NCBI GenBank assembly: GCA_030265395.1
Contig: JARFYF010000036.1
Location: forward strand, 27,244,397-27,308,396
Source of the DNA: Rhina ancylostomus
Taxonomy: Eukaryota
Length of the DNA stretch: 64,000 nucleotides
Direction: 5' to 3'
The notes under the pieces were generated by a model that saw nothing but the letters and a program-made list of their open reading frames with translations, was not told the DNA's origin and did not search any database. Below, one piece after another: positions 1 to 12,494 of the stretch (the first letter of the stretch is position 1; every line of letters begins with the position of its first letter). Made by a program: the position numbers and the translations under genes.

Positions 1-492
1 CCATGTTCACAAAATTCATTTCACATAATCTGACAGAAAAAATGTCTTGGAGATTGAATGCTGATAAATTGGAGCTCATCCTTTCCCACTGCACTGAGCA
101 CATAGCAGTCGTGCCCAATTGAGTGACCTGTAAAAACCTTGTGAAACTGGGGAAAATTGTTGGGGTATTATTTCACCCTGAATCCTTCATAAAAACTTGA
201 TCTGTGCACTTCCTGACAGCAGTTGCCTACAGAGCTCTCAGTTGCTGTGCCAATGACACAGTGGAAGCGAGTCAGAGCTTAAAGACACTCATCACTGCAA
301 CCTCAGTGTGCAAGTCTGCCATGGACATCAGGGAAAGTGCAGGTGGAGGAGGCAGTGAACCCCAGTGTGTCTGAGCACTGCCCCACCCTCCCCTGTGTAA
401 AGGCTCCCCATGCCACAAGTAGAGAGAAGCATTGTCAGCACAGCTGTAAAGGGATTCCCCAACGCTTCTCATAAGGACCCTGCAAACTCCAT

Positions 493-768
493 TAGAGTCA
501 TAGAGTCATACAGCATAGAAACAGGCCCTTCGGCCCAACTGGTCCATGCCGACTGTTGCCCAGTGATCTAGTCTCATCTGCTTGCGTTTTCCCCATGGCC
601 CTCTAATCCTCTGTTATCCATGCACCTATCCCGATGCCTTTTCAATGTTGCTAATGTGCCCGCCTCAACCACTCTGTCTGGCAGCTCATTCCAAATATGC
701 ACCACACTTTGCATGAAGAAACTGCCCCTGATGTCCCTTTTAAATCTCCCACCTCTGATCTTAAATCA
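493..768 (-). mobile_element. CR1-like LINE 3' end with (ATGACTCT)n tail
   Basis: Minus strand ends gggccgaagggcctgtttctatgctgtatgactctatgactcta; same tail as copies at 6604-6856 and 50590-50988. Confidence 0.8.
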
Positions 769-1413
769 TTCTCCAACATTGAGAAGCTAAGCCCAGTGTA
801 GAAGGCTCTCATACACTTGAAGTTTGTATCATCTCAGAAGGCCACATGAGTGGGTATGGTGTTCTTTGCTCAAAATGTGCTAATACTACCAATGTATAAA
901 ATGGATAATGCTATTATTGTGTAGACTATACAACACTACAAAGGTAAAGAGAGTCATGCACTGTGTTTTTTTTACTACTTGTTAATTTTTTTTAGGAATA
1001 AAGTTTATTATTGAGACAAAATGTGTACACTAATAATCAGGTGGGAGAGCTGACCTCCCACTTCCCATCTCCTTTTCCACAATCTGTAGCTTTCAGCATG
1101 TCATTCCTCTTCCAATTGCTTTTAAATGTACAGCTGCTCCCCATGTTATGGCAGGGTTATGTTCCTGTGAACTGTTTGGAACCCGAACAGTTCACAAGTC
1201 AGAAATACGGACATGAACCGACTTCCCAGCTGGCAGAAGATGCCTGCAATCCTGCAGCAGCTGGCAAATCCATCCAGCCTGTCTCCCAACTTATGTATGG
1301 TCTGTCCNNNNNNNNNNCCATAAGTTGGGAAGCTGGGAAGGACCTGTATTGAGGGTTTCTGTCTCCCTTTAATCACCATGTGTTCTATGTTCTGGTGACT
1401 GTGTATCTGAATT

Positions 1414-2495
1414 GTAAATTAGTTTATTATTTCCTCATGTACCGAGGTACAGTGATGAACTAGTCTTGCACACTATTCTTACTGATCAATTCATTACCAC
1501 AGGGCATTGAGGTAGTACAAGGTAAAACAATAACAGAATGCAGAATAAAGAGTTACAGTTACAGAGAAAGTGCAGTGCAGGTAGGCAATAAGGTGCAAGG
1601 TTATAATGAGGTAGATTGTGAGGTCAAGAGTCCATCTTATTGTACTAGGGAACCATTCAATAGTCTTATATCAGCGTGATAGAAGCTGTCCTTGAACCTG
1701 GTGGTATGTGCTTTTAGGCTTTTGTATCTTCTGCCCAATGGGAAAGGGGAGAAAAGAGAATGTCTGGGGTGGATGGGGTCTTTGATTGTGCTGGCTGCTT
1801 TACTGAGGCAGTGAGAAGTGTAGACAGCATCCATGGAGGGGAGGCTGGTTTCTGTGATGTGCTGAGAGGTGTCCACAAGTCTCTGAAGTTTCTTGTGGTC
1901 ACGGGCAGAGCAGTTGCCATACCAAGCTGTGATGCATCCAGATAGGATGCTTTCCATGGTGCATCAATAAAATCTAGTGCAGGTCAAAGGGGACATGCCA
2001 AATTTCTTTAGCCTCCTGAGGAAGCAGAGGCGCTGGTGAGCTTTCTTGGCTGTGGAATCTATGTGGTTGGACCAGGACTGGCTATTGGTGATGTTCACTC
2101 CTAGGAACTTGAAGCTCTCAATCCTCTCCTCNNNNNNNNNNNNNNNNNNNNNNNNNNNNNNNNNNNNNNNNNNNNNNNNNNNNNNNNNNNNNNNNNNNNN
2201 NNNNNNNNNNNNNNNNNNNNNNNNNNNNNNNAAGTTCCAGAGGGAGGTGTTGAGTCCCGGGTCTCTGAGTTTGGAGATGAATTTGCTTGGAATTACAATA
2301 TTGAAGGCAGAGCTGTAGTCAATAAACAATAGTCTAGCATAGGTGTCTTTACTGTCCAGATACTTCAGAGATTAGTGTAGGGCCAGGGAGATGGTATCTA
2401 CTGTAGATCTGTTTCGATGGTAAGCAAATTGCAGTGTGTTGAGGTTGTCTTAGAGGCTGGAGTTAATGTGAGCCATGACCAGCCTCTCAAAGCAG
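1414..2495 (-). mobile_element. Non-LTR retrotransposon (Rex1/Babar-like) RT C-terminal fragment plus 3' UTR, contains a gap
   Basis: Translated motifs [34 protein letters not shown] and ESILSGCITAWYGNC (ORFs 1964..2329, 1637..1957). Confidence 0.85.
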
Positions 2496-3409
2496 ACTAA
2501 ATTCACCATGATTGCTGCTATTCTGTCTGTCTGATCCTGCTTGGTGAAAAGGCATATTCCGATGAAGACTGTTAAACCTGAGGTACAAATTAACTGAAAT
2601 GTTACCTTAGTTTGATCATTGATAGGAAACTTTGGTTTCCAGATGGCAGGAAGCTCAGGAGGTTTTAGAGAGAGCACAATGCGGATTCACTCAGTTTTAA
2701 TCTTGTTGAAAAATGATAGAGAGATAAGTGAAAACCTGAAGCATTTATCGCTAGGGCGGTTAGACAGTTTTAAACTAGGAGTGAATGGACTGGGCAGATG
2801 GCAGACAGTTTCCAGGGTGCTGGAATGATGGGGTACAGACACAGAATTAAATATAAGATTAAATATAATGATAGGCCCTGATGAGAGTGTGAATTGAGTG
2901 ATTGAAGGAAGCTGACACAATGCCAACATTCAGGTCAGGACCAGAAATATCAAATACTATGAGGGGTTAAAGAGATATGTTTTCATATTGTAATTGCTAT
3001 ATATTTTTATTTCCTGAATGAGTATATAAAGAAAAAAGCCTGTGTTCAACAAGGAAATATACAGGCTTTTCTTTAGGAGCTATTGTAATTTACAGGCTTC
3101 GATGTTTTTAATTAATGAAAGATCTTGGAAATGTAAGGTGTGAGCTTTCAGATAACAAGAAATTTATCTCATCAACTCTACACTGTTATTTTTCTCTGTG
3201 AGTCATCTAGGCTGATACCATTTCTGCTCACATTTATAACAAATTCACATCCATTGCAGATACNNNNNNNNNNNTGAGAACTTCAGTTTCTCTCTGAAGC
3301 AACTTGAATGTCTCCATCTTAAGGAACTCAACATAGAAAGCTTCGTCTGTTAGTAACAGAACCTAGGAATTCCCTTCTGTCCTTTCCCCACTATCTGCCT
3401 GGTTAAGGA

Positions 3410-3762
3410 AAAATGATTGGATTTATATAGTGTCTTGCACATCCTTTCTTGGAATTTCCAATGTGCTTTACAGTGAATGAAGTACTTCAGAAGTGTCGTC
3501 ACTGTTGTAGGAAATGAAACAGCCAACTCACACACAGCAAGCTCTCACAAACAGCAATATGATATTGATAGCTAATCTGTCTTGGTGATATTGGTTGATG
3601 AGTAAATACTTGCCAAGAGATTGGGGATTTCTCCCTGCTCACTTTTGAAGTAGTGACATGGATTTTCTACACAAGAGAGTGGACAGAACTCCAGTTTGAG
3701 GTCTGAACCCAAAGAGGACACCTCTGATTATGCAACACTCCCTCAGCTGTGCTATGCAGTGC
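3410..3762 (-). mobile_element. DeuSINE-like SINE (SacSINE1/AmnSINE-type central domain)
   Basis: Reverse complement contains ctgagggagtgttgca...tgctgtttgtgagagcttgctgtg...aagtacttcattcactgtaaagcac...ctatataaat, resembling the Deu domain as I recall it; similar copies at 36796 and 48725. Confidence 0.7.
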
Positions 3763-4878
3763 CAGAAAAGCTCCTGTACAGCTGTCACTAGAGTGGCAGT
3801 TGGACCAGCAATATCCTTCCATCCCTTTGAAGGTAACAACAGACAAGATATTTGGTTTGATATCCCAAGCTCTTAGGTTGCAGAGGAAGCAAAACATTCA
3901 GAAACTGGGCAAAAGGGACTTGGAAAAATTAGTTTAATTTTTGTTCCTTTACCACTATAAAATTAAAGTCCCAATTTGGTGAGCACCTTCCTGCATGTGA
4001 AACTGAAGCAAGTAAAGATTTTCCCCTTCAGCACATTGCCTCTTCTCTACTTATATTTGCTTTTCTCTTTACGAAGTGTTTCTTCAAAGATATGCAAGGA
4101 TCAAAAGAGTTCAACAGCAAGGCTCAAGAATTTCTCAATTGCCAAAAATTTCTAATGAATTGGCCAGTGTTTGGATCTGTGCAGCACTACTTATCTTGCA
4201 TTTGAAAAGCTCTTTCTCTGCCAAGCATCCATCACTCAGCATGCAGCCCTCCCAGAGTGTTAACACCTTTCAGACAGTTTTCGCTCCGAGTACATAATAA
4301 AAAAGAAAAGCTGCTAACGTGTTTTTCTGCAGAGAAGTGGCCCAGATATTCACAATTGCCATAGTCCTGATGTTCTTTAATATTCCTTTTTCTGAGCTAT
4401 TCCATTTCAAATGAGTTTATAGGCTTGGGATCAGCAATGGCCTGTGGCAAAGAATATTACATTCCAACCATATACAAAGGATTTTTTTTCGAAAGTCCTT
4501 TTTAATCCCTATTTAAATGCATAAATGTTCCAGTAAAGCAAAGCTGCTAAATCTAGAATTGCATCCATTGTCTATATTATGAAATGAAGTGTTTATGAGT
4601 ACATCAAGATTCTATTTCTGCTGCTGGGGTTTCAGCTATTTCTCTGAGTTCTGTGACAAAGCAATATACAATCTTGTCACTCATTCCCTTTCATTTCCAG
4701 ACTGAATATTTGTTGCAATTTCTTTAAAGATGAACATCAGATATTGCAGATAACATCATTACGCATTAAGCAAAATATATTGAGTCTGAACAACTTCACA
4801 GTACCTAGCGGTTGTATTCTATAATGATATGAAACCACTAGGCTCTTGATAATATTTCATACACATTAATCTAAATGT

Positions 4879-4972
4879 AGACACAAGAGTCTGCAGATGC
4901 TGGAATCTGGAGCAAAAAATAAATGGCTGGAAGAACTCAGTCAGTCAAGAAGCAGTTGTGGAGGCAAAGGAT
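4879..4972 (-). mobile_element. Penelope-derived short repeat (3' terminal fragment)
   Basis: gacacaagagtctgcagatgctggaatctggagc...ggaagaactcag is the reverse complement of the tail ending the elements at 12141, 30430 and 43572. Confidence 0.7.
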
Positions 4973-5240
4973 AAAATATGTTGCATTATTTACATGAATT
5001 CACATTACTTCAGTTGCATTCTGCCATTTAATTTTCAGGCGCCTTTATTTCTGTGGTATTTGGGAGTGCTTTTATTTATCATTGTAATACACAGTGTGGA
5101 CAATTGGCAAAGTTGACATTTCAAAGCACAAAAGCAAAAGATTAGCAACAACAACTTATACAGGGTCACTCCAGGTTATGGGTAATCAGACTTATGGAAA
5201 TCTGACTTTATGCAAATTCCATCACATATTTTTCAAGTTC

Positions 5241-5280
<40 letters not shown>
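5241..5280. repeat. (ATA)13 microsatellite
   Basis: Direct read. Confidence 0.98.
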
Positions 5281-5281
<1 letters not shown>

Positions 5282-5529
5282 GATAAATTGTTTCATGGTA
5301 TTCATTAATGAGTGAATCCAGGATATATTCCATTAGGTTAATTATGGGTAGTGTCAGAGTGATTATTGAATGAAATGAAAGAATTATAGCAAGTGTATGT
5401 ACAGTGATACAATATACTGTAGGTTCCTATAGAAAATGGATGTTTCTGATTTATGGAGAAATCAGCTTACGAATAGTTTCCAGGAATGGAACTCATACTG
5501 CCTGTATTGATGTTGTTCCTTCACTGTAG

Positions 5530-6290
5530 GATAACATTGCATGAAGCCTCACAGGGGTATTCCTGGGTAAAATTAGCCACTGAAGCACATGGGAAAAATA
5601 TTAAGGGAAGACGATGAAAAGTTTGGGTAAAGAGGTGGATTTTCAGGAGAATCTTAAATGAGGAGAAAGGTTCAAGGATTGAATTCTAGGCACATTCTGT
5701 CCAAAAATGGAGGAATAATTAAAATTGGAGAAGTTCAAGAGGCCAGGAACGGATGAGTTAGATACCTTTGAGCATTGGAGAGTGGACCAGGTTGCAGAGA
5801 CAGGGAGGGACGTGAATTTGAAAACCATGCCAAAAATTAAAAAATCAAACTTCAGCTTCACTGGGATCCAAAGTAGGTTAAGAAGTATAGGTGTGGTAGG
5901 TGAATGCTACATTGTGTGATTTAGGATGTTGTTGGAATTGCAAACTCTAGAGATTACAAAGGCGCAGATAACAGTTGGGCGATTCAGGGACAGAATCAGA
6001 AAAATATATAGATGAAGAAAAGGGTGCGTTGGGGAAGATGTGGATGTGCTGTCTAAAACTTACCTCCAAGCCAAATCAGGTGGTTACTAGGGAAATGGAT
6101 TACGTCAGAGGTAGGTACCAATGGGACCAAAAATAGCTGCTTAACTGTAGGAAATTTCTGCCCATCCAGTATCAGACAAGCAGTACGATAGTGTAGGCAG
6201 TTGGCTGATAGTTGAAGGCTTGAGTCAGTTGGTGATAAAGAAACACTGACTACCACCAACATATGTTTGGAAATTACTCTCCACAACTTT
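5530..6290 (-). mobile_element. Degenerate L2-like LINE 3' region
   Basis: Resembles the reverse complement of L2-type 3' ends also seen at 55180-55600 and 62850-63150; highly decayed. Confidence 0.45.
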
Positions 6291-6603
6291 AATCATTTTT
6301 AGGTTCTGTAGTATTCTTTCATGATACTGTGAATGTAAATGTAAATCAGACTTTATAATTATTTGTGTCATATGACTCTAGTGGCAAAGAATAAGGTTTA
6401 CACATCCTGAATGGCCAATGGTAAACAGAGATCGGTTGCGTTCCAAAGTATCTCAGAAATTTCCAACTCGTATTTTTATTGTCGTTTGAACAAGTGGTAT
6501 AAAGCCACCAGATGGCAGCAGACAGCATGGAATGGAACAAATGTCATTGAAATAAGCATGGAGTAAGTTATCCATTAGAACAACAGTAGGGTAAAACGTG
6601 CAA

Positions 6604-6856
6604 TATTTAAGGGGAATTTGAAGGGGAACGACTTCACTCAGAGGGTGGTGCGAGTGTGGAATGAGCTGCCAGTGGAAGTGGTGGATCTGGGTTCAATTGT
6701 AACACTTCAGAGAAGTTTGGATAGGTACATGAATGAGAGAGGTATGGAGGGCTATGGTCTGGGTGCAGGTAAATGGGACTAGGCAGAAAACAAGGCTGGC
6801 ATGGACTAGATTGGCCGAAGGGCCTGTTTTTGTGCTGTAGTGCTCTATGACTCTAT
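6604..6856 (+). mobile_element. CR1-like LINE 3' end
   Basis: ttcactcagagggtggtgcgagtgtggaatgagctgcca (FTQRVVRVWNELP) and tail ggccgaagggcctgt...ctctatgactcta. Confidence 0.85.
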
Positions 6857-6997
6857 AACAGTGCAGCACAGAAACAGGTCCTTTGGCCCCCAGTGTCTGT
6901 GCCGACCACAGTGCTAATTTAAACTACACGTCTGTCTGCACATAGTCTATATCCCTCCATTCCCTGCCTGTTTATGCATCTGTCTAAGTGCCTCTTG
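6857..6997 (-). mobile_element. CR1-like LINE 3' end, tail-to-tail with the previous copy
   Basis: cagcacagaaacaggtcctttggccc is the reverse complement of the same tail. Confidence 0.75.
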
Positions 6998-8269
6998 GAG
7001 GAATGGTTAGGTTTGAGATTGGGAATACTATAACGCAAACAAAAAAGCAGTTGTGTTACTGGCATCCTGGGCCAGAGATTAATTTGTCTACTTTCGGCTG
7101 TTGTCGGAATATTGGATTGGGAACCTGAAGCAGTCTGACCTGAGCTTTCCTTCATTTAGTGTTCTTACAATCCAGAACTTGAGGCTTAGTCACGAGTCAC
7201 CCATGCTTGCTGCTGAACACTGAAGAAAGGTTAGACTCACCAACTTCAGTTGCCATGTTAGAATCTGCAGTCCCTTGCTGGCTCTGTCCCTTACAGTCAA
7301 GCCCTGTGTGAGGAACTGAGCAGTTTGTGATGTATTGACATCTTGTGGTTGTCCAGAACAAGTTTTACCTGCAGAGTAACTGAAGTGACTTTTATAGCTA
7401 GCTAAGCCATACCTCTGTTCCATTGACATGAAAGGAAAAGTGACTCCCTGTGCCAGGTCCAATTTGACATAGGCTGTTGATGAGGATTCCCACTGTCGGT
7501 GGTGGGGAAATTGTGGCAACCTTACTCTTGGACTCCATGAGGAATTTTGTGTGGGAGGACGGCTGGAAGAAGAACCATAAATATCTGACTGCAACTTTGG
7601 AACTTGCATATTCATGCAGATATTCAGAAATTGCTGACAGGAAAATGTTAGTAGTTATGGGGCTAAGTTACGGTACGGCAAAAAAAATTGTATTTATATA
7701 ACAACTTTCATAAACTCGGGTTGTACAGAAGTACTTTATAGCCAATAATGGTGCAGTACCTGTTTCAAAGTAAAAAAAACTATCAACCCATAAAACCGGG
7801 TTTGGTGATACCTTTGGTTTGGATGCTCTGGGTGCTGTTTGGGAGAAAATGATGTCTGCTGCACATGTGTTTACCTTTTGATCATGATCCATAAATTCCG
7901 CCAGTTAACATCTTTGTGTAGGTGTCTATACGTGCAGAATAAATGCTGCCAGAACTATGAAGAGCAGGGATATCATGACATCAATACATGTGGAATGATG
8001 ATTTGACACCAACATATTCATTTGGAACTCCATACTCCTGCTGATGCCCTCTCTTAAGCTAGTGCAGCTGAAACGCATGAGTACATGCTTACCAGCTAGA
8101 TGGACACCTCACCATTGGAGTAATTCTCAGCTGCTTAAAGACTGGTTCTTGATTGATCACTTCTGCTTGTTGCTACAATTGTTTGCTGCTTTGCAAAGTT
8201 ATAACAAGTTTTGTAAGACCACAGGGAATGGTGCAGCAGGTGTTGAAGGAGTCATTGCTGACTGCAAGG

Positions 8270-9220
8270 ATACTGCACAAACCAGTTGTTGCATTGGAGG
8301 AGAACATGACTGCAAGAACAAGCAGAGGGCATTTAGAGCTGGACAAGTCAGTGAAATGAGAGGATGAAGATGTCGAGCAGGATAGGAGGTCAAACCCACC
8401 AAAAGTACTCAGGATGTGGTTCTCCTGCCCCAACCTCAATATACGAAATGTCTGCATTTCAATGATGATACCCTTGCTGAAATATACTAACCGCTGAAGC
8501 CATGAATGCAACATCAGTGCAGGTCAACAATCGCATTTAAGTGGCCATGATATTAACTGTGGTAATGCACTGGGTCTTTACCAGCTATAGCTAAAGGTGT
8601 TTCCCTTCCTTCATTACATGAGAGAGATAATTGAGGCTTTCAACTGAAAGAGCATTACTTACTTTCATTCTCTCCAGGCAGGCAGGGAGAGCTCGATGTC
8701 ATGGTTCTGAGTTCTGGTCCTCAATTTGGCTCCATTAATGCCTTGTTGTCCAACACATGGATTCAATGCTGGACTGATTAGACAACTGTGCACACCTGAG
8801 CCCCATCAGGGCCTAGCATAAGAACCTGTGTTTCTTTGGCACTAGTTGCCAGAGTATTGGTCTACCTNNNNNNNNNNNNNNNNNNNNNNNNNNNNNNNNN
8901 NNNNNNNNNNNNNNNNNNNNNNNNNNNNNNNNNNNNNNNNNNNNNNNNNNNNNNNNNNNNNNNNNNNAGATTCCTTCCAGTTATTGCCTGTGTTTGTCCT
9001 GAGGAAGTATCCTGACTCCAGTCTTGTATTGGTGTGCCGCATTTTGGGTTCTCTGTGACTTTGATCTGGATCAACATTGTGACACTCGAGGACTGCAGGG
9101 CTTCCCCTTAAGTGGGGCATCATTTATTGCATACATCTCAGATGTTGTGTGTTGACTCTGCCACAGTCAGAACCAAAAGACATCCCACTCTCTCAGTATC
9201 CAGCTGGGAGTGCACCATTG
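8270..9220 (+). mobile_element. Fossil PIF/Harbinger (HARBI1-like) transposase remnant, frameshifted and interrupted
   Basis: Peptide remnants RRSNPPKVLRMWFSCPNL (~8384-8437), RTA-GFP...GIIYCIH (~9089-9136; cf. GFP..GAIDCTH) and NQKTSHSLSIQL (9171-9206; cf. NRKGFHSLNVQL). Confidence 0.65.
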
Positions 9221-11685
9221 CAGTAGTGAAATGCATTCTTTCGGTAACAGTTCATGGTGCCAGTAGCATCTTTGCCATTGTAGCAATCCAAAATGTAGCA
9301 CATAGGAGCAGCTCAGGGCATTTCCCTTTTAAGAGATGCATGTTAACTTTAAACAGTGGCAACCATTTTTGGATGCCTGGCTGCATGCAGCAATTGAGCT
9401 AATCAGTAGGCCACATAATGAGTGGGAGTTAATTGCGCATCACAATATAACCAATAAAGCCATTTGCACACAGCAAGTGCAAAAAACAATAAGAAAGAAG
9501 CCTAAATTTTAACCAGGGCACACAGACACTCTTTGGCTCTTCAAAATATCAAAAGAGGACCTTTTCCCCTCACCTCAGAGGGCAGATGAGACCTTAGTTT
9601 ATGCCTTACAATAAATAGGGCACCACCAAAAGTCCATAGGTTTTCACCAGAATATTGACTACATTTTTTGAGCTTGCGTGCCACTTGAGCCCACAACAAT
9701 CTGATAGAGGGGCAGAGATTGAAGCATAGCTAACACCAAAATAAATAAATTAATAAGTATTCCTGCAGGAGAGTTGAGAGGTTTCCTGACTGACATTTCT
9801 GCCTTAATCTACACTAGCATATAATTTTTAGTATGAAAGAGGCTGTTTGATCCACCACACTTCGAGACTAGTCCTCTAAAATAGCAACCTGTAGAGAGCT
9901 CTTTGTCCCAGATAGCATCTTTAGGTCCTTAAAAGTTTGCGAGATTTTATTTGTGCTCTAGATTGTAAATTGGAATACCAAAACCAAAAACAGAAGTAGA
10001 ATCCACAATAGATTTTAAAGGGACCAGCATAAAAAAGAAGTTAAAATGGTATTGCGGCACTGGGATTATATAAAGAGCTTTTTTAGAGAGCTCGTGGTGA
10101 AATAATGGATCAAGTGGCCTCTTTCTGTCCAGTGAAAAATTCCCTGATGGTGATAGTTCAGGAGGTAATGTTGGGCAAGATTCCAGGGGGATCAATTGGA
10201 ATCGGTATGTTTCAGCAGATAGAGATACAACAACACTTCCTAAGAGCAGCACCAACAATTCAATGGTCAGTTAGCACTCTTTGCCCAGATTATGTGCATT
10301 ATTCTTGGGTTTGATGCTATAATTCTCTGACTCAGAGACCAAAGCATTACCAATGGACTGAGGCTGAAATATTTTATAAATGAATGCTGAGTCCTGATAA
10401 ACATGTAAGTAGTTTCTACGGAAATGCCATTCTTCACTGTAACTATTCATATAAATATTGTGTCAAATAATGGATACTGCTGTGAGTCTTATTGCTGCAA
10501 TTCAGCTGAGAGCTTTTGACACGCTCTCTTAAAATTGATGGCAGTCAGCAGAAACAGAAGATCGATTATAGTTGCCTCAGTGCCCTCTGGTATTTTATAT
10601 GGTATGTATAGAACATCTTTTCCATTTTATTGCTGATATCACATTTACTTTTGTCACTTTGCAACTGTTTGCAGAATAGCAGCTGTTAGCTCCACAAGCC
10701 AACTTTGGGAATTCTTCTAATACCCTGGACAAGTCAACATTTTTATTTAGCAGTTCAGTTCTCAATAGTTTACACTTAACTGTTAGCTCTGAAGCAAAAC
10801 TGCAACTGTTGTTCTGATGAGCTTTCCAATGAAACGCAGCCAAGTCCGGAGGTGCCGAGCTGCTCTCCGGCCTGATCTGCTTTATTCCCACTCATTCATA
10901 TTTAAATTGATTGGACTGGATGAATGGTTTTCCTGTGTACATTTCACATCATTACAAAGCTACAGCTGGACGTGAAATATCCGTTTACCATTGTGAGGTT
11001 GTATTTCATCCAATTAATGACATTGAAATGATAGAACATAATGATAACCCCAATAAATTATCCTTTCTTCTTTGCAAATGACTTGCAAGGTTTAAGCAAT
11101 CAAATAAATTCTCAAAACAGTCAAGCTGAAAGTTTTTGAAGCAACATTGCTATCCTCATTTGTTAATGTTTTATGACATAAATCATGTGCCATCACAGTT
11201 TTGCTGATGGACTTAACTGTGATGTTCACGTGAATATTTTTTTTCCAGTGACTCTCCTTATCTGTGAATGTAGGGTCAATGGTTTGGAAAATCTGTTCTG
11301 AGTCCAAAAATTAATGAATGCAAATGATACAGGCTTTTTTTCTATTGAGTCTTACATAGATACTTTGCTCATACTCAACATTTGCAGAGAGTTGCAATCA
11401 AGTTTCCCATTACCTTGGAGCAAGAGTCTTATTTGGCTTGAGAAATGAAGGGGGGTGGTGGTGTGGCAAAGTGGGATGAGTTTCTGGTAATCATCACAAT
11501 ACAGGTAGGCACCTATGTAACCCATGACATTAAGGATATGCATGCATCTCCTGCAGCTGGCAAATTTAAATTTGTGACAAAAATAGCAATTTATTTCATA
11601 TCTTCAACACAGAAAATTGTTGAGGGAGCATGGAGACAGGAACCACTTGAGGGCAATGGATCAGCTGAGGAAGCTGCAGTGATCA

Positions 11686-12120
11686 TGTACATAAGGAATA
11701 GGAGCAGGAGTAACCCCTAGAGCCTGCTCTGCCTTTCAGTGGCTAATCTGATCAATGGTTTCAATTCCATCTACCGCCTTATCCGTGTAACCCTTGATTC
11801 CCCTTTTTTGCTTTCCTTGGGTACATTCAATGACTCAGCATTTACAGCTCTTTGGGTTAGAGATTTACAAAAATTTACCACTCTCTGAAAGAAGAACTTT
11901 CTCCTCATATCAGTCTTAAATGAATGCCCCATAATCTGAGATTATAATCATTAGTTCTAGATTCTCCGCACAGGAGAAGCATGCCACAATCTACCTTGTC
12001 AATCTCCCTTAAAATCTCATATGTTTCAATTTCACCCTGACAATATAGGCCCAACTTTCCTCAAAAGGCAGCCACTTCTAGCGAGCCTGCTTGGAATGAT
12101 CTCATAGACAAGTATGTTTG
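11686..12120 (-). mobile_element. Degenerate CR1-like LINE 3' region
   Basis: acataaggaataggagcaggagta...gagcctgctctgcc tail and gaagaactttctcctcat motif typical of reversed CR1 3' ends. Confidence 0.6.
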
Positions 12121-12140
12121 CCCTGTAATAAAATTTATAC

Positions 12141-12186
12141 GCAGGGTCCTGAAGAAGGGTCCTGACCCGAAACATTAACCACCTGC
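12141..12186 (+). ncRNA. Minimal type-I hammerhead ribozyme-like motif at the head of a Penelope-derived short repeat (element continues to ~12268)
   Basis: CTGAAGA (12149-55), extra A, GGGT-cctg-ACCC stem II, GAAA (12169-72), then CATT; flanks GCAGGGTC and AACCACCTGC can form stem I. Activity not demonstrated. Confidence 0.55.
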
Positions 12187-12494
12187 TTTTCTCCACAGAT
12201 TCTGCCTGGGCTGCTGAGTTCCTCGAGCATCATCGTGTTTCTCATCCAGATTCGGCATCTGCAGTCCTGCAAGGAATTCTCTTGCAGTATTCCTAGTGTG
12301 CCTTATTAGTGCCTGTGCAGTGGTAGCTAGATTTCCTTATTTCTGTGATCCATCTCTATTGTGATAAAGATCAACAATCTGTTTGTCTTCCTTATTTCTT
12401 GCTAACATGTCCTCTTGTATATTTTGCAAAATAATCTAAATCTGGTTTTGAACCCTTTGCTTATGAGAACAATTTGCCTCAAAATGTTCCATCT

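Noticed and set aside
5094-5315. ORF with a poly-Ile run
   Set aside because: Translation of the (ATA)n microsatellite.
10814-10870. CTGATGA...GAAA with a GCAGC/GCTGC stem, resembling a hammerhead
   Set aside because: Stem II (gctttccaat) cannot pair, no stem I is available, and it is not attached to the Penelope tail.
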